Positions 8,685-16,893 of a DNA stretch of 32,000 bases are shown in pieces. The stretch comes from Thermodesulfobacteriota bacterium. GTDB taxonomy: Bacteria > Desulfobacterota > WTBG01 > JAGOGO01. The first letter of the stretch is position 1. Every line of letters begins with the position of its first letter. Both the position numbers and the translations under genes were made by a program. The stretch lies in NCBI GenBank assembly GCA_026625185.1, contig CP113000.1, positions 2,772,651-2,804,650 of the forward strand, given 5' to 3'. Below the pieces are notes generated by a model. It saw only the letters and a list, made by a program, of their open reading frames with translations. It did not search any database and was not told the DNA's origin.

Positions 8685-9524
8685 ATGAAAAATCTAAAAA
8701 TAACCAAAATGAACGGATCAGGAAATGACTTCATTATTATTGATAATCGCTCTAATTTGTTAAAAGGAGTTTCCCTCCCTGAGCTTGCTCGCACCCTTTG
8801 CCGTCGCCGGGAAGCGGTTGGAGCTGATGGTCTTATTTTGGTAGAAAACTCTATTATAGCAGACTTTAAGTGGCGCTTCTTTAACGCTGATGGGAGCGAA
8901 GCCGAGATGTGCGGAAATGGTGGCCGCTGTGTTGCCCGTTTTGCTTTTCTAAATGGTATTGCTAAAGCAAAGCTTGCTTTTGAAACTATGGCAGGCGTTA
9001 TTCAGGCTGACGTTACTAGCCGGAGAGTTAAACTCCAGCTGCCGTCGCCGACTGACTTAAAATTAAATCAAGAAATTTCTGTCGATGACCGGAACTATAT
9101 TATTGGAAGCATCAATAGCGGCGTGCCCCATGCGGTTTTACTGATTGAGGATACAGACCATGCTCCAGTAATTGACTTGGGCCGAAAAATTAGGTTCCAC
9201 CAGGCATTTCAACCAGCGGGTACCAATGTTAATTTTGTTCATATCATTGATGGGTCTCATTTAAATATCCGAACCTATGAACGAGGTGTGGAAGATGAAA
9301 CTTTAGCGTGTGGAACCGGTTCAGTTGCTTCCGCGCTCATTACCGCTGCCTTAAACCATGTTGCATCCCCGGTGGAAGTCAAAACCCGGGGAAATGAAGT
9401 CCTTACCATTTATTTTCAAAAAAACAATGAACTTTCCTTTTCTCAAGTTTATCTGGAAGGAGATACGTGCCTGGTACTTGAAGGCACGCTCGGAGAAGAT
9501 GTCCGGTTAAACGACCAAAACTAA
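8685..9524 (+). CDS. dapF: Diaminopimelate epimerase
   Basis: MNGSGNDFIIID, catalytic Cys motifs CGNGGRC and ACGTGS. ATG 8685 gives an N-terminus of typical length. The track's longest ORF starts at GTG 8676. Confidence 0.93.
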   Translation: MKNLKITKMNGSGNDFIIIDNRSNLLKGVSLPELARTLCRRREAVGADGLILVENSIIADFKWRFFNADGSEAEMCGNGGRCVARFAFLNGIAKAKLAFETMAGVIQADVTSRRVKLQLPSPTDLKLNQEISVDDRNYIIGSINSGVPHAVLLIEDTDHAPVIDLGRKIRFHQAFQPAGTNVNFVHIIDGSHLNIRTYERGVEDETLACGTGSVASALITAALNHVASPVEVKTRGNEVLTIYFQKNNELSFSQVYLEGDTCLVLEGTLGEDVRLNDQN

Positions 9525-9573
9525 TCCGGCGGAATCGGCGGTGTTTAAACTATATTGATAGGTGTAAGGATAG

Positions 9574-10674
9574 ATGAATATCTTGATGTTTATGTGGCGA
9601 GATATTAAAAATCCGTCATCAGGAGGAGCTGGACGCACCACCCATGAATTGTGTAAACGCTGGACAAGAAAAGGACACCACGTTACAATTTTTACCTCTT
9701 CTTTTCGCAACGGCAAAGATTATGAAGTTGTGGACGGTTATGAGATAATAAGAAAGGGGTCTCTTCTTTTTCATTATTATTATGCTTATCTCTATTATAA
9801 AAAATATTTTAAGGGGAAATATCATGTCGTAATTGATCAAATTAACACCATCCCTTACTTTACTCCTTTCTATGTAAAAGAAATCCCGCTAATAGCCTAT
9901 ATCCATCAGCTCTGCCGGGAAATATGGTTTTATGAAATGCCGTTACCAGTTTCATTGTTGGGATATTTACTTGAGCCTTTTTACCTTAAGTTATATAAAA
10001 AATACCCCACTCTTACCGTTTCAGAATCAACCAAACAAGACCTATTATCTCTAAGCTTCTCAAAAGTGTCTGTAATTCCAAACGCAATTGATTTTGAACC
10101 CCTGGTCACTGTTCCAAAAAAAGAAGAAGAGCCGACCATAATTTTTGTCGGCCGCTTAACCAAATCAAAAAGACCTCACCATTTGATAAAAACTATCTAT
10201 TTGCTCAAGAACGATATGCCAAACATAAAATTATGGATAATAGGAGAAGGTTATTTTAAAAAGCAATTAATGCACATGGCTAAAAAATTTAATTTGGAAA
10301 ATAATGTCATGTTTTTTGGTTGGCTTTCTCCGGTTAAAAAAATAGAACTTCTGCAACGGGCTCATTGCATCTGTGTTTCCTCGGTGCGTGAAGGGTGGGG
10401 ATTAATTGTTTCTGAAGCGAACGCAGTGGGGACCCCAGCTATTGTTTATGATGTACCAGGGTTAAGAGATTCCGTCCAAAACGGATTTAACGGTCTTGTG
10501 ACCGCCGAAAACACCCCTCAGGCCTTGGCGGAAACTGTCATTAAATTTTTTAATGATAAAGAAATGATGAGCTCTTTAAGTGAAAATGCACTTTGCAACT
10601 CTCGTAATTTCAATTGGGATTACTCAGCGGAAGAATTTATAAATTTTTTTGATCAGAATAGCATTAACCGTTAA
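9574..10674 (+). CDS. Glycosyltransferase family 4 (GT-B fold)
   Basis: 366 aa. N-terminal GGAGRTTHEL, and the C-terminal retaining-GT signature EGWGLIVSEANAVGTPAIVYDVPGLRDSV (E-x7-E type). Confidence 0.85.
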   Translation: MNILMFMWRDIKNPSSGGAGRTTHELCKRWTRKGHHVTIFTSSFRNGKDYEVVDGYEIIRKGSLLFHYYYAYLYYKKYFKGKYHVVIDQINTIPYFTPFYVKEIPLIAYIHQLCREIWFYEMPLPVSLLGYLLEPFYLKLYKKYPTLTVSESTKQDLLSLSFSKVSVIPNAIDFEPLVTVPKKEEEPTIIFVGRLTKSKRPHHLIKTIYLLKNDMPNIKLWIIGEGYFKKQLMHMAKKFNLENNVMFFGWLSPVKKIELLQRAHCICVSSVREGWGLIVSEANAVGTPAIVYDVPGLRDSVQNGFNGLVTAENTPQALAETVIKFFNDKEMMSSLSENALCNSRNFNWDYSAEEFINFFDQNSINR

Positions 10675-10681
10675 TTATAAC

Positions 10682-12184
10682 ATGCGAACCTCTCGTTTAA
10701 TTCTTTTCTTCCTTTTTTTTATTTTCGTCCTTTATGGTAACAGTCTTTCCGGGACATTCCTTATTGACGATACTTTTTTGGTCCGTGACAACCCGTTTAT
10801 CGAAAATTTTTCAAATTTTACTTCCTACTTCACCTCCGGAACCGAAACCTTCGGCCGACCGGTTCGCCTTCTCTCCTTTTATTTAGATACAGCTCTATTC
10901 GGTAAGAGCACCATCTGGTATCACATTTCAAATATTCTTTATTATAGCGTATTCTGTATTCTCGCCTATTTTTTTTGTCAACTTTTGTTTGAAAATAAAT
11001 ACCTTTCTTTATTGGTTACCTTGATTTTTATCGCTCACCCACTCCACACTGAAGGAGTAGCGTATATTTCAGGAAGGAAGGATATTCTTGGTGGGCTTTT
11101 TGGTTTTGCCTCACTCATCTGTTTTATGGAATATCTTAAAAATAGAAAAAGGACTTACAGTTTGCTTGCTTTCCTTTTTTTCTTGCTGGCCATTAATGCC
11201 AAAGAAACTTACGCGATCTTACCGGTTCTTTTTTTGACGATAGGATATTACCAAGGTGAAGAGCTTAAAAAGCATAAAGCACTTTTAGGTGGATTAGCTG
11301 TTGCGGCATTATTATTTGTGCTTTACGTTATTTTTTTCAGAAACAGAATATTTTTTGACTATCTCCATATCATCCCGGTATACGGTAACAACCAGGGGGT
11401 TAATTTTCCAACTGCCATAAAAATCTCGGCGTACATATTTTATTTGGCATTTTTTCCCTTTTCGCTAAGCCCGGATTATACGTATAATGCCGTCAAACGG
11501 ATCAACTTTTCCGATCCCCATTTTTTTATTTCGGCTTTAATCCTGGTCGTTGCTGCATATGCCGTCTATTTTTTTCACTACCGAAAAAAAGAGATTTCTT
11601 TTGGTTTTTTGTGGATGCTGATCTGCCTTTTACCCGTCAGCCAGCTTGTTCCCTATCCGGAAATTATTTCAGAACGATCCATTATTTTTCTTTCCTTTGG
11701 CGCCTGTCTCATTGTTGGAGGCGTTCTCATTATGCTCTCCAAAAAATACGCAGTGGGGCTGCTGTGCGCGATCCTGCTTATCTTTTCTTTGACAACCATA
11801 AAACAGAACCGAGTCTGGCATGACGGGTTCTCCCTGTGGAGCGCTGCAGTTAAACAACAGCCTGATTGCGCGCGGGCGCACTACAATCTTGGTTGTGCTT
11901 TAGAAGAGCGCCATCAGCTTGATGCGGCCGAGCAGGAGCTGCTTTCCTCCCTCGCCATCAACCCCCCTGAACTGGTTACGGTTCCTGATTATTCCTGTGA
12001 CGCTTTGGTGAACCTGGGAAACGTTTATGCCTTACTCAAAAAATTCCACCAGGCAAAAACAACCTATCAGAAAGCCCTTCTATGTGATCCTAATAACGAG
12101 TTAGCCCGAAAAAATTTTAAGATCGTCCAATTGATGGAGAAAACATCAGGCGAGAAGAAATCAGACTTGATCACCCCTCCGTGA
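10682..12184 (+). CDS. Polytopic GT-C-type membrane glycosyltransferase with C-terminal TPR repeats (TMTC/PMT/ArnT-like)
   Basis: About 10 predicted TM segments. First-loop acidic motif GTFLIDDTFLVRDNPFI. C-terminal soluble TPR-like repeats (AHYNLGCALEE..., ALVNLGNVYALLKKFHQAKTTYQKAL). ATG 10682 (MRTSRLILFF) lies 8 nt after the GT4 stop. The track start 10649 overlaps GT4. Confidence 0.8.
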   Translation: MRTSRLILFFLFFIFVLYGNSLSGTFLIDDTFLVRDNPFIENFSNFTSYFTSGTETFGRPVRLLSFYLDTALFGKSTIWYHISNILYYSVFCILAYFFCQLLFENKYLSLLVTLIFIAHPLHTEGVAYISGRKDILGGLFGFASLICFMEYLKNRKRTYSLLAFLFFLLAINAKETYAILPVLFLTIGYYQGEELKKHKALLGGLAVAALLFVLYVIFFRNRIFFDYLHIIPVYGNNQGVNFPTAIKISAYIFYLAFFPFSLSPDYTYNAVKRINFSDPHFFISALILVVAAYAVYFFHYRKKEISFGFLWMLICLLPVSQLVPYPEIISERSIIFLSFGACLIVGGVLIMLSKKYAVGLLCAILLIFSLTTIKQNRVWHDGFSLWSAAVKQQPDCARAHYNLGCALEERHQLDAAEQELLSSLAINPPELVTVPDYSCDALVNLGNVYALLKKFHQAKTTYQKALLCDPNNELARKNFKIVQLMEKTSGEKKSDLITPP

Positions 12185-12314
12185 GACTTGGATACCACGT
12201 TGCATTCAAAAGCAAATCAAGGTGGCGACGAGGAATCGACGGCGAGGAGTATGACGAAGAGACAACCAAGATATGCACATGAAGGCGCCTTGGTATGAAC
12301 ATCAGAATTTTTGG

Positions 12315-13244
12315 TTACCTGACAATATCTTTTATAGGCAGGTCTTTTAGCTCTATTGTTTTTGCAGTAACCAGCAGTTCCCCTAATAGCCCTAACGAGA
12401 TGAACTGAATCCCGATAATGATAAGCATTACTCCCATAATGAGAAGCGCAGTATGACCTATTTTCCCCGTGATAAAAAACCCTTTTAATACCAAGAAAGC
12501 GTCAATGAAAAAGCCCAAAAAGAGGGCTGCCAGTCCCGGAATGCCAAAAAAATGGAGCGGCCTTTTGCTGTAGCGAGATATAAAAAGGACGGTCATTAAA
12601 TCCATCACCCCGTTAAACAAACGGCTTATTCCATACTTAGATGATCCAAACTGGCGAGGATAATTCTCCACCTTGATTTCCGTCACCTTATATCCCTTTT
12701 GAAATGCCAGATAAGGGATAAACCGGTATAAATCTCCATAGATATTTAAACCTTTTGCAACTTCTTTTTTCATGGCGCGAAACGGACAGTTCGAATCATT
12801 AATCTTAAGCCCGGTCAAAATGCTGAGCAATGAGTTAAATATTTTTGATGGGATTGTTTTACCCGTGCTTCCTTTTCCTTTATATTTCCATCCCACCACT
12901 AAATCCGCACCTTTTGCAAGAGTGGATAGAAATGAAGAAATCTCAGCCGGATCATCCTGCAGATCTCCATCCATGGTTAAGATGACATTACCTGACGCCA
13001 ATTGAAAACCTGCGCTGTACGCTGCTGCTTTCCCCGCGTTAATCCCAAAGTGAATAATTTTAATCTGAGGAATTTTTTCTTTTAAATGTTGTAATTCTGA
13101 AAAGGTGCCATCAATGCTCCCGTCATCAATTAAAATTACTTCCCATTCCTTTCCAACGAGTCCTGATGAACTCATCAACTTGTCTATTAAAATTGAAACA
13201 TTTTTCTCTTCGTTATAGACCGGAATGACTACCGAGATATCCAT
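12315..13244 (-). CDS. Glycosyltransferase family 2, polyprenol-phosphate sugar synthase type (Dpm1/ArnC/GtrB-like)
   Basis: 309 aa. VVIPVYNEEKNV, LIDDGSIDGT and the DGDLQDDP (DXD) motif, plus two C-terminal TM helices as in polyprenol-phosphate glycosyltransferases. AGGA upstream of the ATG. Confidence 0.9.
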   Translation of the reverse strand: MDISVVIPVYNEEKNVSILIDKLMSSSGLVGKEWEVILIDDGSIDGTFSELQHLKEKIPQIKIIHFGINAGKAAAYSAGFQLASGNVILTMDGDLQDDPAEISSFLSTLAKGADLVVGWKYKGKGSTGKTIPSKIFNSLLSILTGLKINDSNCPFRAMKKEVAKGLNIYGDLYRFIPYLAFQKGYKVTEIKVENYPRQFGSSKYGISRLFNGVMDLMTVLFISRYSKRPLHFFGIPGLAALFLGFFIDAFLVLKGFFITGKIGHTALLIMGVMLIIIGIQFISLGLLGELLVTAKTIELKDLPIKDIVR

Positions 13245-13462
13245 AATTACATTTCCTTTCTACGTGTTTTCTCAAAAAAAACCTTTTTCAAACACGAAAG
13301 TTAGTATAGTATTAGGTTCCTAACCCCTTACCGTCATTCCTTCTTTTAGCCTCAATTCCCCTCTGAGGGCTCAGGGGTGTGTTACGACATGCCGTGCCGC
13401 CATATAAAGAACGTATTGTTTTGCAATAGCGTCCGTCTCCCAAAGACTTTGTTATTTGCGCA

Positions 13463-14089
13463 TTATATCTTATCCTTTTGGTTCTTATTAAACGGGTTCA
13501 ATTCGTCCCTATCCCATTGCAAAGGATTATTCTTGATATATTCACGAATATGGTTTAATTCGTTTTCATCCCGGATAATGTGCTCATAGTAATTGCGTTG
13601 CCATAATTTCAGCTTGAACCGATGCCAATTATTTTGTTTTATCTGACGAAGGTATTCGTTTGTTGTCATTATCTTGAACCAATTAACAATGTTCCCCAAT
13701 GTAGGGGCAACCCTATGTGGTTGCCCTTTGTTTTTATGTGGTTGGCCATTGTTATTGTGCGGTTGTCCTTCTTCTTTGTTTGTGCGACCTTCATCTTTTT
13801 CAGGGCGGCCACATAGGGCCGCCCCTACGGCGATAATTCCGTGAAAATGATTGGGCATGACAACGTGGATATCAATTTTTGTGGTGGGAAATTTATCCAT
13901 TAATTCCAAACACCCTTTCTCAACCATTTGACCGGCAAGGTTAAACTGTAATTTTCCCGATACCACGTCCCCAAACAAACGTTCCCGTTTCTGGGTACAT
14001 ACGGTAATAAAATACGCCCCGGACTGCGAATAATCATAATTCCGCAAACGAATGGAACGGCGATGATGTTTTTCAGGATTATATGGCAT
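13463..14089 (-). CDS. REP-associated tyrosine transposase (RAYT) / IS200-like Y1 transposase family protein
   Basis: 208 aa. N-terminal RLRNYDYSQSGAYFITVCT, HUH motif MPNHFHGII, C-terminal LWQRNYYEHIIRDENELNHIREYIKNNPLQW with the catalytic-Tyr region. GAGGA RBS. A low-complexity GQPH-repeat insert lies between the HUH and Tyr regions. Confidence 0.85.
   Translation of the reverse strand: MPYNPEKHHRRSIRLRNYDYSQSGAYFITVCTQKRERLFGDVVSGKLQFNLAGQMVEKGCLELMDKFPTTKIDIHVVMPNHFHGIIAVGAALCGRPEKDEGRTNKEEGQPHNNNGQPHKNKGQPHRVAPTLGNIVNWFKIMTTNEYLRQIKQNNWHRFKLKLWQRNYYEHIIRDENELNHIREYIKNNPLQWDRDELNPFNKNQKDKI
13701..13726 (+). repeat. REP-like element inside the RAYT coding sequence (GTAG + 8-bp hairpin)
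   Basis: GTAG (13701-13704), GGGCAACC (13705-13712), loop ctatgt, GGTTGCCC (13719-13726). AATGTAGGGGCA (13698-13709) is identical to the reverse complement of 14148-14159. Confidence 0.55.
13715..13777. repeat. 3 x 21 bp imperfect tandem repeat within the RAYT gene
   Basis: The units are atgtggttgccctttgttttt, atgtggttggccattgttatt and gtgcggttgtccttcttcttt. On the - strand they encode GQPHNNN / GQPHKNK / GQPHRVA-type units. Confidence 0.65.
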
Positions 14090-14132
14090 TTATCCTCTTC
14101 CCTGGGCGAACCCATGAGTCATCCATTTATAA

Positions 14133-14156
14133 GGGCACGGCAAACCGTGCCCCTAC
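14133..14156 (-). repeat. REP element (GTAG + perfect 8-bp GC-rich hairpin) upstream of the RAYT gene
   Basis: The - strand reads GTAG GGGCACGG TTTG CCGTGCCC. It lies 44 nt upstream of the RAYT start and is inverted relative to the in-gene copy at 13701-13726. Confidence 0.6.
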
Positions 14157-14264
14157 ATTATAAATTTATACCCTCTTCCTATAAATCCGAAAGTTGTTTT
14201 AGTCTTGCCATCCCCCAAATAGTGATAATATTGGACACCGTCCCGTCCCTTCAACGTATTTTCT

Positions 14265-14285
14265 CCTCTCCCCGCCGGGGAGAGG
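14265..14285. repeat. Perfect 21-nt GC-rich palindrome
   Basis: cctctccccgccggggagagg pairs at 10 positions around a central C, followed by gattgaggtgaggggg. From memory, this sequence type recurs as a dispersed repeat in many bacterial genomes and generates spurious ORFs (here track ORF 14063-14290). Confidence 0.5.
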
Positions 14286-14516
14286 ATTGAGGTGAGGGGG
14301 CAATTAAAGGCCATATTTCCGATGTAATCTTTGAAGAGCGAGGCGAACTGAGTGAAGTATTGATTTTCAACAACGTCCTGTCCCTTCTATCCAACAACGC
14401 CTTGCTAATCCGCTTGTCCGATGTCGGGGGCTGACCCCATTACCGTTTTTTTTTAATTGAAGCAATTTTAGTGTCTGCTGGCCTTGTTCAGCACCAATAA
14501 AACAGCCTCTTGCAAG

Positions 14517-14552
14517 GTGCCACGGGCAAAGACAACGTCTGGCCCGTGCCGC
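14517..14552. repeat. REP-related imperfect hairpin
   Basis: CACGGGC (14521-14527) / GCCCGTG (14542-14548) with a 14-nt loop and an imperfect extension. It shares the GGCACGG / CCGTGCC core with 14133-14156 and with the half-site gccgtgccgc at 13391-13400. Confidence 0.4.
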
Positions 14553-15289
14553 AGGGTTGGGGTTTTTAAATCCTTTTTCGAGTAATAACAGTTTATTTTG
14601 ATCTGTAAAATTATTTTAATGACGTATCAAAAAAACAAAAGACCTAAAATAAAATTCAATATGGTATATCCCGCCATAAAACAAAAAAGGCCCATCACCT
14701 TATTTGGCAATCCGGCCTTTTACTGGTTCGCTATTTATTAAATATTGTTTCCGTAAAACCATTACTTAAACCTGCACTCCCATATAAATTTTTCTCTGAT
14801 TTATTAAATAAATTTGGAAAAAAGTCAAGAAAAGGCTTTGGTTTCTTAAAGGGGAGAGTTTCAGGCTCAAATATCGAGGGCAAAGCGAATTGCCCGACCA
14901 ACATATACCCTGTAACATTTTGTTATTACGATTAATATGTTAATAAAACAAAAAAATGACCTTTAAACTTGTTACTTTTGCAAAGATAATTCTCTGAAAA
15001 CATCTCCAAAATGTTTTCGGAGTTCTCTTTATAATGATTTTCTCTCTTATTTCGGAATCCCAATAAGATGGTGCTTGAAATCCCACGTTGTATGGTTTAA
15101 TCTTTCATTATCTTACATTTGAAGCCTGCGTGGGAGAAAACTTTGAGTGTTTCACACTCAGGGGGCTTCTGATATTTCCGAAAATGGCAAAATCTGGGAG
15201 CCCCCCTGGCTAATCCGGGGGGCTAACGGTGAAGTATAATAACAAAGCTCATTCAAATACATTGCATCCGTTACAAAGGAAAATAACCC

Positions 15290-16870
15290 TTGATTATCAT
15301 TGATGCATTAAAAAAGGCCGTAAAGTTCTTTCCCAATAAAAAAGCAATTATTTGTGGAAAGCATCATTGGACCTATCAAGAATTTTATAACCGGTTAACC
15401 AGGCTCGCTTATGCTCTAAAATCTTTTGGTATTGATAAGGATGATAAGGTGGCAATTCTTCACCCTAACTGCCACTACTTTTTAGAGGCCTATTTCGGCA
15501 TTTCTCAGCTTGGAGCAGTCTCGGTTCCGATTAATTATAGACTCTCTCCTCAAGAAATCGCCTTTATCCTGCAGGATTCTGATTCCAAAGTTTTGATTGC
15601 CGATCCCCTGTTCCAAAAACAAATTAACTCAATCCGGTATACAATCTCCGGGATTGAACAAATTATCTGGACTGGCGAGAACCATAAAATTACCGAACCA
15701 GACGATTTTCATTACGAAGCGATATTAAACTGCGCTCAGGATAGCCCGTGCCAAGATCCGGCGATAACCGCAGAAAATATCGCCCAAATTTATTATACCA
15801 GTGGAACCACCGGCCGAGCCAAAGGGGTAATGTTATCCCATAAAAATGTTCTTACCCATGCTCTTGGGACCGTTGCTGAGCTTCAACTTACAGATAGCGA
15901 TGTCTGGATTCATGTGGCCCCCCTTTTTCATTTAGCCGATGCCTGGGCTACTTGGGCTATTACGTTGGTGGGAGGAACTCATGTTTTAGTCCGGGAGTTT
16001 GACCCGAAAATTATATTTGAATCTATCGAAAAAGAAACCGTTACTCTCACCAACCTCGTTCCAACGATGCTCAATGTTATGGTCAACCATCCTGAAGTAA
16101 AAAAGTATGATTATACCAGCTTAAGAGTTCTCTTAAGTGGGGGAGCTCCCATTGCCCCGGAGGTTGTTCAAAAGGTGATCGAAACCTTCAAATGTGACTA
16201 TATCCAAACCTACGGGATGACCGAAACAAGTCCTTATTTAACATTATCGATCTTAAAAAACCACTTAAAGCAATTACCCTATAACGATCAACTTCGGTAT
16301 AAAGCTAAAACCGGAAAAGAATTCATCAACGTCGAGTTGAAGGTGGTTGACAACCAAGGCAAGGAGGTTGCCCCGGACGAAAAAGAGGTAGGAGAAATCA
16401 TTGTGAAAGGCGATATAGTGACCAGTGGATATTGGAAACTTCCTGAAGAAACGGCAAACCTAATCAAAGATGGTTGGCTTTTTACCGGTGATTTAGCGGT
16501 AATAGATGAAGAGGGATATATAACTATCGTGGATCGGAAAAAAGATGTCATTGTCACGGGTGGAGAAAATGTTTACTCCATTGAGGTGGAAAATGTTCTC
16601 TACCAACACAGTGCAATATTAGAATGCGCCGTCGTTGGTGTTCCGGATCCTTTGTGGGGCGAAGCCGTAAAAGGTATTGTCGTGCTGAAACCGAATCAAG
16701 AGGCAACCGAAGACGATATCATTCAATTTTGCAAAGAAAGAATCGCCCATTTTAAGGCTCCAAAATCAATTGTTTTTATTGATGCCCTCCCGAAAACCGG
16801 CTCCGGCAAGATCCACAAAAAAGAGTTGCGAAATCTATACTGGGAAGAATATAAAAAAAAGGTACATTAG
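15290..16870 (+). CDS. AMP-dependent acyl-CoA synthetase / fatty-acid-CoA ligase
   Basis: 526 aa. AMP-binding motif YTSGTTGRAKGV, YGMTE, GWLFTGDL and a C-terminal GKIHKKELR. TTG start with AGGA upstream; no early in-frame ATG. Confidence 0.9.
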   Translation: MIIIDALKKAVKFFPNKKAIICGKHHWTYQEFYNRLTRLAYALKSFGIDKDDKVAILHPNCHYFLEAYFGISQLGAVSVPINYRLSPQEIAFILQDSDSKVLIADPLFQKQINSIRYTISGIEQIIWTGENHKITEPDDFHYEAILNCAQDSPCQDPAITAENIAQIYYTSGTTGRAKGVMLSHKNVLTHALGTVAELQLTDSDVWIHVAPLFHLADAWATWAITLVGGTHVLVREFDPKIIFESIEKETVTLTNLVPTMLNVMVNHPEVKKYDYTSLRVLLSGGAPIAPEVVQKVIETFKCDYIQTYGMTETSPYLTLSILKNHLKQLPYNDQLRYKAKTGKEFINVELKVVDNQGKEVAPDEKEVGEIIVKGDIVTSGYWKLPEETANLIKDGWLFTGDLAVIDEEGYITIVDRKKDVIVTGGENVYSIEVENVLYQHSAILECAVVGVPDPLWGEAVKGIVVLKPNQEATEDDIIQFCKERIAHFKAPKSIVFIDALPKTGSGKIHKKELRNLYWEEYKKKVH

Positions 16871-16893
16871 CTTTCGCACCTTAGGGCTATCAC

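Noticed and set aside
10649-10681. Upstream extension of the GT-C/TPR ORF overlapping the GT4 gene
   Set aside because: ATG 10682 gives a typical signal-anchor N-terminus (MRTSRLILFF) 8 nt after the GT4 stop. The extension is an artefact of the longest-ORF rule.
11820-12314. GC-richer 3' end of the GT-C/TPR gene and the following intergenic region (32 of 60 G+C in line 11881 vs 16 of 60 in line 10921)
   Set aside because: The difference is largely explained by the switch from a Phe/Ile/Leu-rich membrane domain to a soluble Ala/Leu/Gln-rich TPR domain. It is not sufficient evidence for a fusion or transfer event.
13377-14290. Track ORFs 13377-13589 (+), 13622-13816 (+), 13900-14115 (-) and 14063-14290 (+)
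   Set aside because: They overlap the well-supported RAYT gene or run through REP hairpins and the GC palindrome. They have no RBS or recognisable motifs.
14733-14810. Two copies of the AT-rich palindrome (T)ATTTATTAAATA, 66 bp apart
   Set aside because: They could be operator sites, but such AT-only palindromes arise easily by chance in AT-rich spacer DNA. They are kept only as a note within the spacer finding.
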